Positions 25,080-37,000 of a DNA stretch of 64,000 nucleotides are shown one piece after another. Both the position numbers and the translations under genes were made by a program. The notes beneath the pieces are model-generated. The model was not told the DNA's origin. It worked only from the letters and a program-made list of their open reading frames with translations, and made no database searches. Origin of the DNA: Phoronis australis (lineage: Eukaryota; Animalia; Phoronida); the NCBI GenBank assembly GCA_002633005.1, contig NMRA01000180.1, positions 634,789 through 698,788 of the forward strand, given 5' to 3'. Within the stretch, counting starts at the first letter, position 1, and every line of letters starts with the position of its first letter.

Positions 25080-28000
25080 ATGATGGCGATGCAAAGGTAG
25101 GAGTTATCGAAATTGTACTCCAGTTGTCCTATATACCATTGTTGTTTCATTACCTGAAATGTTACTCTTTAGCAACTAAAACTTTCAATTAGTATCTTGA
25201 TTCTTTTTAAGTTGTTTGGTTTCTGTTGTCACTGCGAAATTAACATGAAACAGCCCGAGTTCATGTCCTGGACGACTTCATACAAACATAACCTGGACAA
25301 CTTGATGCAAACCAATTTAAGGACACGTTTAGGTGATTCCTTATTTCCAATAATGTTAAAAATTCAATGTAGAGTTCACTATCGATTTGTGTCAAAGTCA
25401 AAAAGTGAGTAGTAATGAGACTCAAACAGCATAAGAACTAGGACAATCAGTGTTTTCACAAGTCCACAGATACGCAGTAGAAGCGAGGATCTTAGTCGAG
25501 TCCCTATTAAGGACTGTTTCATGCAACAGGGCACGGGAATTCAAGGGCGCGAGATGCCCACCACTAGGCCTGGTTGAATTTCTGTATTCGAGCGGTGGTC
25601 CAGATGGATTAATGGGCTAGAACGTCTGCACTGTTAGCAGAATGGCCAGAGTTCGGGTCCCGCGGAAAGAAAACTTTGCAGACTTATATTCAATAAGTCG
25701 CGTGATGTGATCTTAGAAGTGTTTAAGAGATCCAGCTCATTATAATTGCGACACAATTTTAGTGCGTCTGCTGGCCTGAGTTCGGCAATCACAGCTGCTT
25801 CAATAAAAATATGCCCATGACGTGGTGACGGTACCGAAATTACCAATGGACATGTCTTGTGACACTGAAGTAAAAAACAAGGGCCTATTTCTGATGGTTT
25901 TATGTTCCGCACGTCTATTTCTGAAAATAACTTAATTTCATTTGTGCAACTTGTGCAAAGTCTGAGAGTATACACATAACTGCCTTTTAATTAGATAAGT
26001 TCTTTAAATTATTTTTAAACTGATGCACACACCCTTCTTCAACAATTATACCAAATTTCTTTCTTACGCAACTTTTCATGAAACACACTAGATACTAGAT
26101 CATGTAGTTACTTATGACACTCATCATGCTCATCACTCTCTTTATCATATAAAAAGCCATTCTTCACACAGTCACTGATTTCTTATTTGAGCGATAAAAC
26201 ATTTCTGAAGAGACTAATGTTCTGTCTGAAACTGTAGGGAGCAGTCATGCATAGTAACACATATGGAGGCAGCTATATTGAAATAGTTTTGCACCTTCTC
26301 ATTTTTTCGTGATTGGCTAAAGAAGCAGGATACAGCGCTAACTCTTGCCCAGTTATGTTATATTAGTAGGGCATTAAATTTGATTTTTAAAAATGTACAA
26401 GTTTAAATGCGAGGACTTCTCAAGTGTTGAAAGCTTGAAGATATATGATGCCACACAATACTGAAAAATTAAGTTGCCCCCCTGACATGGTCACAATATG
26501 AATAGACTGGAACTACAGTCAATGGACAATTGCCTCCGAACATTGTATTGTTATTATACATATTGTGTTTCTGCATTTCTTACTTTCTAAAACCACTCTG
26601 TCTTTATGCATACATTTGGAAAATGAGGTCAACCATACAGTGCGTGCTATACGTGATTCTGTCAATGAGGACAGTTATACCGGCTGTGGGAACACAAAAG
26701 TGCTTACAAATTACACCACGACTACGTAATCGTCTACCTGAGGGAGGATTGGAGTGATGTAGACTACAAAGTAATGTCTCAACTATAGACTTTACATTAA
26801 AAAATCAGACCAAAGTCTTCTCACTGCTACAACACCAAATTATTTTTAATTCTTGTACCCCTGAATTCCACCATTTTTCGCAAACTTTGGGCAACTGCCT
26901 CTGCAAAGAATCGAAGTAAAATGACACTAAAAAAAAAAAACTTATGCCAGGCCTTCACGAGCGACTGCTTCGATTAGGTGTGCCTTGAACACTTTGCAAT
27001 TTTCTAAAGCCGGCATTGGAGACAATCCCTGAGCATACAAAAACACCTGTTTTGAAAAATTGTATTTTTAACTGAGTTACTTAATATTGGAACCTTAAAC
27101 TTCTCTTTTAGTCATTACACAGCAGAAGTGTACACGAGTGCCAAGAAAACCTCGGGCTGGAAAGGAATAGGCACAGACGATGACGTTCACTTGTCAATAC
27201 ACGGTATGCACGAATTTGACGGTGTTAGATTTCCAAACACTGACTATTTTGTATAAAACATACGCCGAGTTGAATAACATTGTAGCTGTTATTCCTACTT
27301 ATATAAAACCCTTGGCGAAAAGAAAACCACATTTTTAGCTTCATTTCATTGTTTAGCTGGATAGAAATTGAAAATAGATTTATGCCGTTCACTTTACTAA
27401 CATCGCTCTCCTAATATATGGCCTTATCGTGATGTGATTCTGTTTTCTTTTACCAGTAAGAACATCGGATCAGCGTCTTAATAAAACCTTACTTGAGTTG
27501 GTAACGGACAATCAGACGGCAAAGGAAATTACGAGATCAAGTTTATGAAAGGAAAAAACTAATTCGAGTTTCGATTTTTAGCCAGCTGAACAGGGTGAAA
27601 TGTCGCTGTAATCACTACAACATCAGTTCCTAAACATGAGACACCGGTAAGGCAAAAGAAGCAGTCTTGGTTCTATTCTCTACCAAGACTCACTAATTTT
27701 AAGACACCAACGTGCATCAAGTTCAACCGCTATACAAAGATACGTCAGCAAGGATAAACAAGGTTTGAAACGCCATGATTTGCCAAACGATGAAAAAACA
27801 AACAGGTTACACATCATTTTTGTTCTTGTGAGGTTTATTTTCTTTCTTAAAAATGAGTAACAAAAGAATATTGCACTCCCGACTCGCGTTAAAAACAGAG
27901 ACCAGAAACCATTATGTTTTTTTAGCTGATCAGACTTCATTGTTCAGTGTAAGTGTCAGAGTAAATAAAGCTCCCTTCATGATTGAAAAAAAGACCAGAA

Positions 28001-31000
28001 ACCATTATGTTTTTTTGAGCTGAGCAAACTTCATTGTTCAGGGTAAGTATCAGAGTAAATAAAGCTCCCCGCATGATTAAAAAAAAATCGGCAGCCAAAT
28101 TGAAACCAAGGGAGTCAATAAAAAAGACACGTCATCAATTTATAATTATTCCCCCCAGGCAGGAGTTTTTTGATCAAATTTCCTTTAGTTAGGGGTTTGG
28201 TTTTCATTTTCTTTGAGACTTGAAAAAATGTTAGGACGCAATCATCTCATTTTGATATAAATTCGACGTATTCTGCCACACCTAGTGGTGTTCCTATTAA
28301 GAAGTGGACGACTGACGTCAGTTTTCAGACCCGTTCGACTACTGTCGCCCATCCCAGTGGCAAATGTTTGCGTCCGCGGCTGTGTCTTTTAAACACCTTT
28401 AAGGACCTTTGTGAAGTTAAACAAACGTAATCCTATGAATGTGACAACGGATGACAACGAGTTTGGACGGATCCGACTACCACTGTGTCTCCTAGTGATA
28501 ATTTTAATGTTTATATTTTCCTCTGCATCTTTGAAGGGCCTTGGCGCTTTTTCATGAAATTTGGCACATATGGGTTTCTATTAAAAAGAAATTGTCATTT
28601 TCCCGTTTCAGGCGGATTCGAGGTATTCTGAGCCACCTAGTGGCCATTTATATTTGTGAATTTTGGCGTGAACTTTCTATCATGGAAACCACTTAGAAGA
28701 ACGTTATGAAATTTGACAGATGTTTTACCCTTGGGGGGAGCACTGCTGCCGGTGATTTTCAGACCGGCCCTACTGCTATGGCAATTTTCCTTTCTACCAA
28801 GCTCTTTGATGGATCTTTAAGGAATTTGACTTAATGTGTTCCTATTGTGGAGAGCAACTGACATGGATTTTGGGACAAAGACAACTACTGTGGGGTCTCC
28901 TAGTGGCAGCTACGTTTTTTTCGTTTGTTCCTATATCTGCTTCTTTGGTGGATGTTCATCAAATTTGACATATGCGTTGCTATCACGAATGCGACAGCAC
29001 ATGCTTCGTTTCAGAACGATTTGCCTTCGCTGTGCCCCCTAATGGGCTATTTGTTTTTTGTCGTCAGTTTTACTTTCCGACAAACTGCTTGAAGATTGAA
29101 TCATGATGGAAGGTGGTAGATGTTTTCCTGTCTAGGAAAGAACAGGTGACTTGCTCCCTGTTCCCCCGGTGTAAATGTTTAAAATATTGACCATCCCTTG
29201 TTGTATCTGGTACAAACAGTGGGCGCTTATGAACTCTCCGCGTTGGTCTTGTTTATTTTGTGAAACACTTCAATGAGGTAGTTTCAGCGAACTTTTTCAT
29301 TGGATAATTTGAATATTTCAGGTACACATGGTGTAACAGAACGTACCATGCTGGATAAATGGTGGCGAGATGATCTAGAGCCTGGTGCGTGTGACGTCTA
29401 CAAGCTCCAGGGTGGCGATGTAGGGGACATCCTGTACCTGACTTTAGAAAAGCAGGGAAATGATGACTGGCATCTCGCTAAGGTAAAACAACATCTGCAA
29501 GAGGGAACCTGCGTTTCTGGCACTGGGTATCTGAATTAAATGACAACCCACTCTGAAATGCTGCCCTTTGTGCTCCTTCTAAAGATGATTGCATTTATGT
29601 TTCAAAAAGAGCAGATACCTTACTATCGCTGGCAAATGTAAAGTTCAGATGTTCACATAACAAGTTTCTTTGATACGAGATGTTCCTTTCATACATGTAC
29701 ATCGGCATCAGTGTATGTGAAGGGGAATGCGCCCCTGGACGGTGATGAACGCTATGTAAACAAAAGCATGGTGGCCTTATGGAAGCCGGGGAATTTTCAG
29801 AATAAAATTTGAAATTTTAAAAACTAACGAGGTTTTAAAATATTGGTAACGTAAGGCAATGTAAACCTGTGATCCACGCATTACTTAAACGATCATATAA
29901 GCCATTGCAAAGACAAAATTACTAAAATTACTGAAATTCTCACGGAGTGCTGCTAGCTGAGCGCCTGGGAGGTTTTGCCGGCTCAATCGAAAAGACAATC
30001 ACTGAAATGTGTAAAGTTTAAAAAATGGTATTATACAGTGACAACCTTTTTCGTTGTTATGTTTTTATGGTACCTATTTTTCAGTTGTTTATAAACCGAC
30101 AAGGCGATCAGCTGTCAAGGGGGCCGCTCTCCGGTGCGCCCTTACATCACTGCATTCCCAAAGTTTTTACTATCGGTCTAAAAATTCCTTGACCCTACGC
30201 CACTTGAGATTTATTATAACAAAAAGATTTGAGGCATGCGTTCATGTAAAACACTTGAACATTAAGTAGAAAAAAATTAATAAAAACCCATGGAAATTGA
30301 TGATCATACAAACAGCAGTCAGTATGCGTGCATGGAAAGTCGTGTCAAATTGTATGCAACAATGATTGACCAATTGTGTACATGTGCATATTTAGAATTG
30401 AGGGCATAGGCCAGTTTGAATAAAAGCTGGGAGCAAACTTTTGCAAAACGATAGAGCTATAGAAACTGATATGTTAACATTAAGTATTTCAATGAAAAAA
30501 GAAGAATGCACGATACCAAGAACATCCTGTACTGGTTGGTAAGACACGCGCTTTGGATCGGTTAGCCGCGTGTGCCCTGAACACCACTGCTTGGGCGGCC
30601 GAAGCCGGAGGTCGGAAGTGTGCATTTGCTCAGACCCAATTTCCCGAAAGGTGATTGGAATTGTCTATTTCAGTTTATACCAAGAAATAATAAATAATAA
30701 TTACACTAATATGCAGACCAGGGGCGGATCCAGGATTTTTAGTTAGGGAGGGAGGGGAGCAGAGTATTACCTAGTATTTTGCCTGTCAGACATTCGCACC
30801 TGGGAACTGCCAAATGTGATCTGGTAGAGTTTTAAGGGAGGAAGGGCATGACCCCCTTGGCCCCCCTCTAAATCCGGCACTGCGGACGTTTTTTTTAAAA
30901 AAAAAAACGCATGTAAAGGGTGTTGAGGTGTCTCAAGGAAAATTACTTCAGCGATAGGCTACTTTTCTTTAACTATCAAGTATCACATGTCCTAGTACCG

Positions 31001-34000
31001 AATTCATCTTAGCGAGTACAGTCTGAAATGACATACATGTAGTCTCATAGTTCAAATAGTTTTGTCATAGACTCTGTTGTAAAACAACACGCCGATGAAC
31101 TATAGTTATAAAAAGTCGTTCGCAGTTATGTTAATTTTTACACCAATTAATGTAACCCTTTTATCCGACCATGATGTGCGGAATCGCAGATTTTTTCTGT
31201 CAATAACAAGCACACTTCCATCTGATTGGCCATCCAGAACGAGAAGGACAACAAAAAGTTCACACAGAAGCAACACATTGAGATACTGTAACCATTTCAA
31301 AGTTTTGATTTATTTCAAAATATACTAATTTCAAAATATTACCATCTCGCAGTAAAATAGCACCGTGATAGTAAAAGGGAAATGTTTATCTGGTTGAAAG
31401 TTACTGTACCGTAATGGTACATGCACCCCATTTCAGCAAAAGTCAGATTTCAACCAACTCTAATTTAATCCCTCAATTTAGTTGGATCCGACTTTTACTG
31501 GCACACAATTACTTACTAGTATATTTGTATTGACAACACCCCGCCACAAAATAAATATGACAAAACTCAATGGTCATAAACTCTATCTGCCCTGCCCTAC
31601 ACATGCGCGCACCCAGGGGCGCTCGGGGGGCAAAACGGTCCGCCTCAGAAAAACAAAAACTCCGAGTAAACGAGCCAAAAGTCCACTAAAAAGGCGCAAA
31701 TGCACAATTTATAATTCTGAACGTGTTACCCCGTTTTTTGTCCTCCCGCTCAGTAAAAGGTCCACATCGTCAGAAATTCGAGCCCCCCATATTAAACGTT
31801 GGGTGCGCCCATGCTACATACCCAGGCATTAATACACTGTAAGTATCAGAAGACCCATGATAAACAGGACAGAATCTAAAAATGATGTTTTTCCTCAAGT
31901 AAGACAGTTGCAGATTTTAATAACTTGCCAGGCTACATAACATTTGTCCCATCTCTTGAAATCTACAGAAACAACCCATCCACCGTCCCAATATAACATT
32001 GTGGTTTGTAGCATTCTTGGGGTATCCCGTCCTTCGATCCTGCCCTATTTGTAAAAACTTGGCTATAAATCTTCGAATCGGTGTCCACTCTGTAAAAATG
32101 TACAGCTATTAAAGGAAAATGCCACCCCATTTAATTAGTCTTTTTACCGTCTTAATCCGTCTGTATCCACATCGCCTCTTCTAGGGTCGACCTCACCTTG
32201 TCGAGAGGTGTCGCGTTAACCTGTGAGGAAGCTGAGAAGCGACGCAGCGACGTCAGTGGTTCGTCTGCAGAGTGAATGTCGCTATATTGCTGTGCATCGG
32301 TTCCCGCTTGTCCGCACTATGAAGCTGCGAAGAAAGCGGGTATATCTTTTTTTCGACTTCCTCGAGAGCCTGAAATGCTTAGGAAGTAGGCCTAGCTCGC
32401 GGTAGTAAAGAATGAAAGGTACAAGAACTATCCGTACGTTCCGTTGCCTGTGCCTGTTCACGGCGCCTCTCTAGTATTTCTTGATCAGTGTATTCCGGTT
32501 CGAACCGGTAGCCTGTGAAACCTATAGTAACGATCCGACCCGTGTGGTCTTCGTCGGATGAGCTCTTGACTAAGTCAGGATTGGCGCCGGGCGAGTTGCC
32601 GCGTAGACGTTTATTATTCTGCGTTCTGTTTCAGAATGAATTATTCTCAAAACCAATGCTTACCTAATCAATGTCTGTCTCATAAGATACAATTTGTATT
32701 GCATTGGAATGCTCGTAAGTGCCAGTGTTTTAAGAAGCCAGCAATGAATAACACACTGCGTTACCGGCTTTTGATGCCGGCAGCAAAGGCAACGAGGCCG
32801 TGTGCATGCTAATTCAGTGTTCGCTGACAGAAAGCTGTTGTGAAACAATTACTCGATTTTCTATGCTATGGTCACATGTTAGGGAAATCTTTATTTAGAA
32901 ATACAAATACATTATTCAAATCATTGTTACTGTACAACCTTTGCAATGACTGTCTGTGGAAGGGGAACCCGACTTCGCGGCCCCCGACAAGTAAGTAGAT
33001 TTTCAGTTTCATGGCTAATTCACATAAATAATTACGTGCACATTATTTCTTTGGCTCACTATTATAGTCTTTCGTGACTGGAGGTTTAGTTTCCAACTCA
33101 AGCTGGTTTATGTTCGTGCCAGTCCCGGCGGTCGCGACGGGCCTGATCGGGTTCCGAGCCACAGGCCGGGATGACAAGCGTTTTGTGTGTTTAGACCTCA
33201 AAAAATCACAAGTATTAAATACACAGATCTAGATTCTCCTGTCTGTATTTCACGGAAAAATACTTCGAAATTATCTCCGAAAAGACCCCAAAATCCTGCT
33301 ACGGACCTTGGTAAATTGGCCTGCCGTACTTTGTAGGCTACGATGTGTCCAAATACCAGTTAATCCGTGACATGGAAATAAAACAACAAGTTTTTACAAG
33401 AACTCGGTGTGTTTTTAAGGGGTTTACATCGAATTTTGACAATTAATTGGTGTTAAACGATGAATTTAAGCGATAAGCTCACACCACTTATCCATGTTGT
33501 GAATTGCTGAACAGACTGCGTGTGAAACCAATTACGTCATTGGATAATTTCAACACCTCCGTCTGTCGTCAGGTGTCAGGTAACGCAACCGAGCCTGCCG
33601 TTATCGAGTAGAGCTACTCGATCTAAATTGATACAGAATAGGTTGTTTTTTTGGGTGGCATTCTCCTTTAATCTTGTGGTAACTTTTTGTGTTTCTTCGT
33701 TGCTAGAAAACAACAGGTATATTGGTCACTAAACCCTTAAAGACGTATCAGACTAAGAAGGAAAGTCAAGTAAAAGACCATTAAACATTGACTTAAGTGG
33801 GTGTTCTAGGAACAAAATGAAGTTGAACAATATTGTTTCTGCGATCGGATTCTCATCCACAAAATCATTTTATTTCAGTTTCAATTTTTAAACCTCAAAA
33901 GACAAAAAATACATCATTGATTCTGGGTCAAACTTTGACATCTACTGTATTTCACCTAAAGTGAAAGTACCTGCGTGACGGCAAATGGTCTAAAGTTGAG

Positions 34001-37000
34001 TTTATCACTTTATCACGGTGTATATGTGTTGATAACCACGGCAGAATAATTGACTAGGGTCGTATTTGAGGAAAGGGAGACTATTTTCAAGAATTCTATA
34101 GTTTTGAATCGTGTGTTGAGGCTTGGGTCTCGACAGTTTTATAACCAATCTAAAGTCGAAGGTCCCATATCTGTGGGATTTTTAAATGTACACGACCGAG
34201 AACAGCGTCCCCTTTTGAAGTCACGTGCTCGATCGTTATTGCCTACTTTCAGGTTGTTATTACCAACAATGAAACCAAGTGGAAAACTTCGTTTCCATTT
34301 TACGACTGGGTAGAGTCGGGCGCAACGAAAATACCAACAGCCAAAGCTGTGTTGCCTTTCCAAGAAACCAATGAAGACCTAAAAAACCTTCGCGGTGAGG
34401 AAGTCCGCCGAAGGCAGGAAATGTATCCATTCAGTCAAGGGAACGATTCTCTGCCTGGTTTCATTGGAATTGAACAGCACGAAAACCTGCCCAGATTCGT
34501 CCAGTTCCACGATGCAAAGGCCTACGATTTCAAGGTAATGCTATCTTACAAGCTGTAAGAGTGGTGTGTTACAGATAAGTTACTCTGGTCTATCCCTTCT
34601 CCAATAGAACTTTTTATGAATAGGATGAACCGACGCATGTGCTTCCTAGATCATGGATTTGTAGGAGTTGAGTCCAGAATCAAGGAAGTGCCACCAAGGC
34701 GATCGTATGCCCCGTATGCTGGCAGACGATATTGGATAGATGCTACCTGTTCATTCTTGTGTCTATTAAAAACTGAACTCGTGGTTGCTTGGAATGCTAC
34801 CGAAATGAGGTGATCCCTACTCGGGATAACAGTCCTCTGTGTACATTGTGCAAAAGATACAATAAAGCACACGCCTTTTTACAAAACTAATGTAGAGCTG
34901 TTTGCAACTGTAGTCTGTATGTATATTACATAACACCATGTATTGACTTGAGCAGTGGACTGGTTTTTAGGCTAAGGTCGTTTTGCTCAGAACATGTATA
35001 GAAAGTAGGATTTTGACGCTTTTGTGCCATTTAAGGCGATTTGTTATGTTTTGATGAGCCATACTAACTCAAAAGACCTGCTGGAACTTATTTAACATCT
35101 TAAGGACCTGGTCCATTATCACGTTAGGCCGGGGAACTCCCTAACACTTACGATATGCATTTGTTTGACTCTGGTCTAAAATCATTTTTTCACATCTTCG
35201 ACAATTTTGACTAAGACACATCTGGTATAGTCCATCAGAATAGGCTTTTAACTAATTTCTTAGCTTGTGTTCATAAAGGTTAAACATTTCCATTTGATGG
35301 AACAACGATTCAAAGGGGACTAAAAATATGGCCACTTCACAGAAGTTCAATGGCTCGATTTCAGAAACCACCAAGAAGCATGTTATTGTGAGCGCTTCTA
35401 AGAAAGATAACAAAACAGATAAGATATGTTTAACAAGTAGATCAGTTACAACCATTACAAATAGTTGATATGAAGAAATCTTGTACAGAGCAACACTGAC
35501 ATTTCACTGCTGAGGTCAACACACATCTGTTGTTACGTAATTGACTGTTGAACTGAACTCGCAGTTGTTGCTTTTCTGACCAACTGCGAAGGTTTCTCTG
35601 GTCTGTGAATTTTAAAGTACTGTTCCAATAGAATTTACTGTGCGAAATCAACCTGTGAAATAAGGTTGATTTTACAATATCAAGCATATCTGTTACACTA
35701 GTTCTTCATGGTCCATTAGCGCATAAGAATGTTCAAACATCTTTTTGAGGCGCCTCTTTCCTGACATTTGCAAACTATTCCCGCAGAATAACTTCGATGA
35801 GGCAGTAAGGAAGTTCGGAATAAGCTCCGTAATTGAAACGCTTCATTCGTGGGATAAACCTGAAGACCTGGCACACATCGCTAGGAGGTGAGGCAAATGG
35901 GCTCGTACTGATTCATAGGTCTATATTCGGCTTACGAGACATGACATTCAAACCTGTTCATGCACCATGCTGATTTAGCTCAAGTTACTGTTGGAAATGT
36001 TCATCAACTTTTTCCTCATTCAGTTTCAGGGCTTGGAATTGTCATCTTTTTCATCTTTTTTGATTTCCGATTTCCTCTTTTCCGTGTCTTTTTATCGTTA
36101 TTTTGACTTTATTCATAAAAACACATTTATTTCAGTAAAATGTTACAACATCAAAATATTTTTTGTGGAATGATATACCGCATGGTAATTTTCCTCTTTT
36201 TGTCATTGGTCACTCCAGGTTAAACGTAGTCTTTGGCTTGGGTGGAACGGCACGTCGTAGTTGTTTTCGGCCAAATTTGTTTACTGTCATGTTTTTTTGA
36301 AATTACAAAAGGACTTGAGAAATGTACAAAACCGCTTTGTGACTTTCTTTCAAAATTTCTGGTAACACGTCTTATGAAAAATTTACAACGGTTTGGATTT
36401 ACCATTGATTTTATATCTTAAAATGTTAACTCATTCATTCGAAATTTTACAACAGCGATAGTCTGCGTTTAATTAAAAAAGGTTTAGACGAGGATGCATG
36501 TAACTTCGTTTGGGAGGCCTTCCTTGCGTTTCACTGACAAGGAAAATCTGTTGATTTTCTACATATTTAGGGTTTCCTCTTCTGAGGAGAAAGAATTTCA
36601 ACAGTTTTACGTGGACAGATGGGACGACGATACTGTATTCGGCAACTTGTTTCTGAGTGGACCTAACCCCGTTCTGATCAGGAAATGTTCCAAACTTCCT
36701 GATAACTTCCCTGTAACGGACAAAACAGTCAAGGCATCTTTGCAACGTGGTCTCACACTTGAAGCAGAAATGCAGGTATTTGTTGGTGTAAAAGGGGTAC
36801 CAGAGCTATCGTAAGTGGATCGATAGCTGGAACATAGGTTCTTGAATAATTCCAGGACTGCTATTTGTCATAAATAATGCTTTCTGTGAGACACAGCTTC
36901 ATAAAAAAGTTGTGCGGTACTTAACAATGCGGTTGTGGTTCGTGCATTTCCCAAAAATGTGCTAATGTCAGCAAGGCTGCAACCAGTCTAGTTCATATCC

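Noticed and set aside
33100-33180. Self-cleaving ribozyme (twister, HDV or hammerhead)
   Set aside because: A stem is present, but I could not find the conserved catalytic cores by eye.
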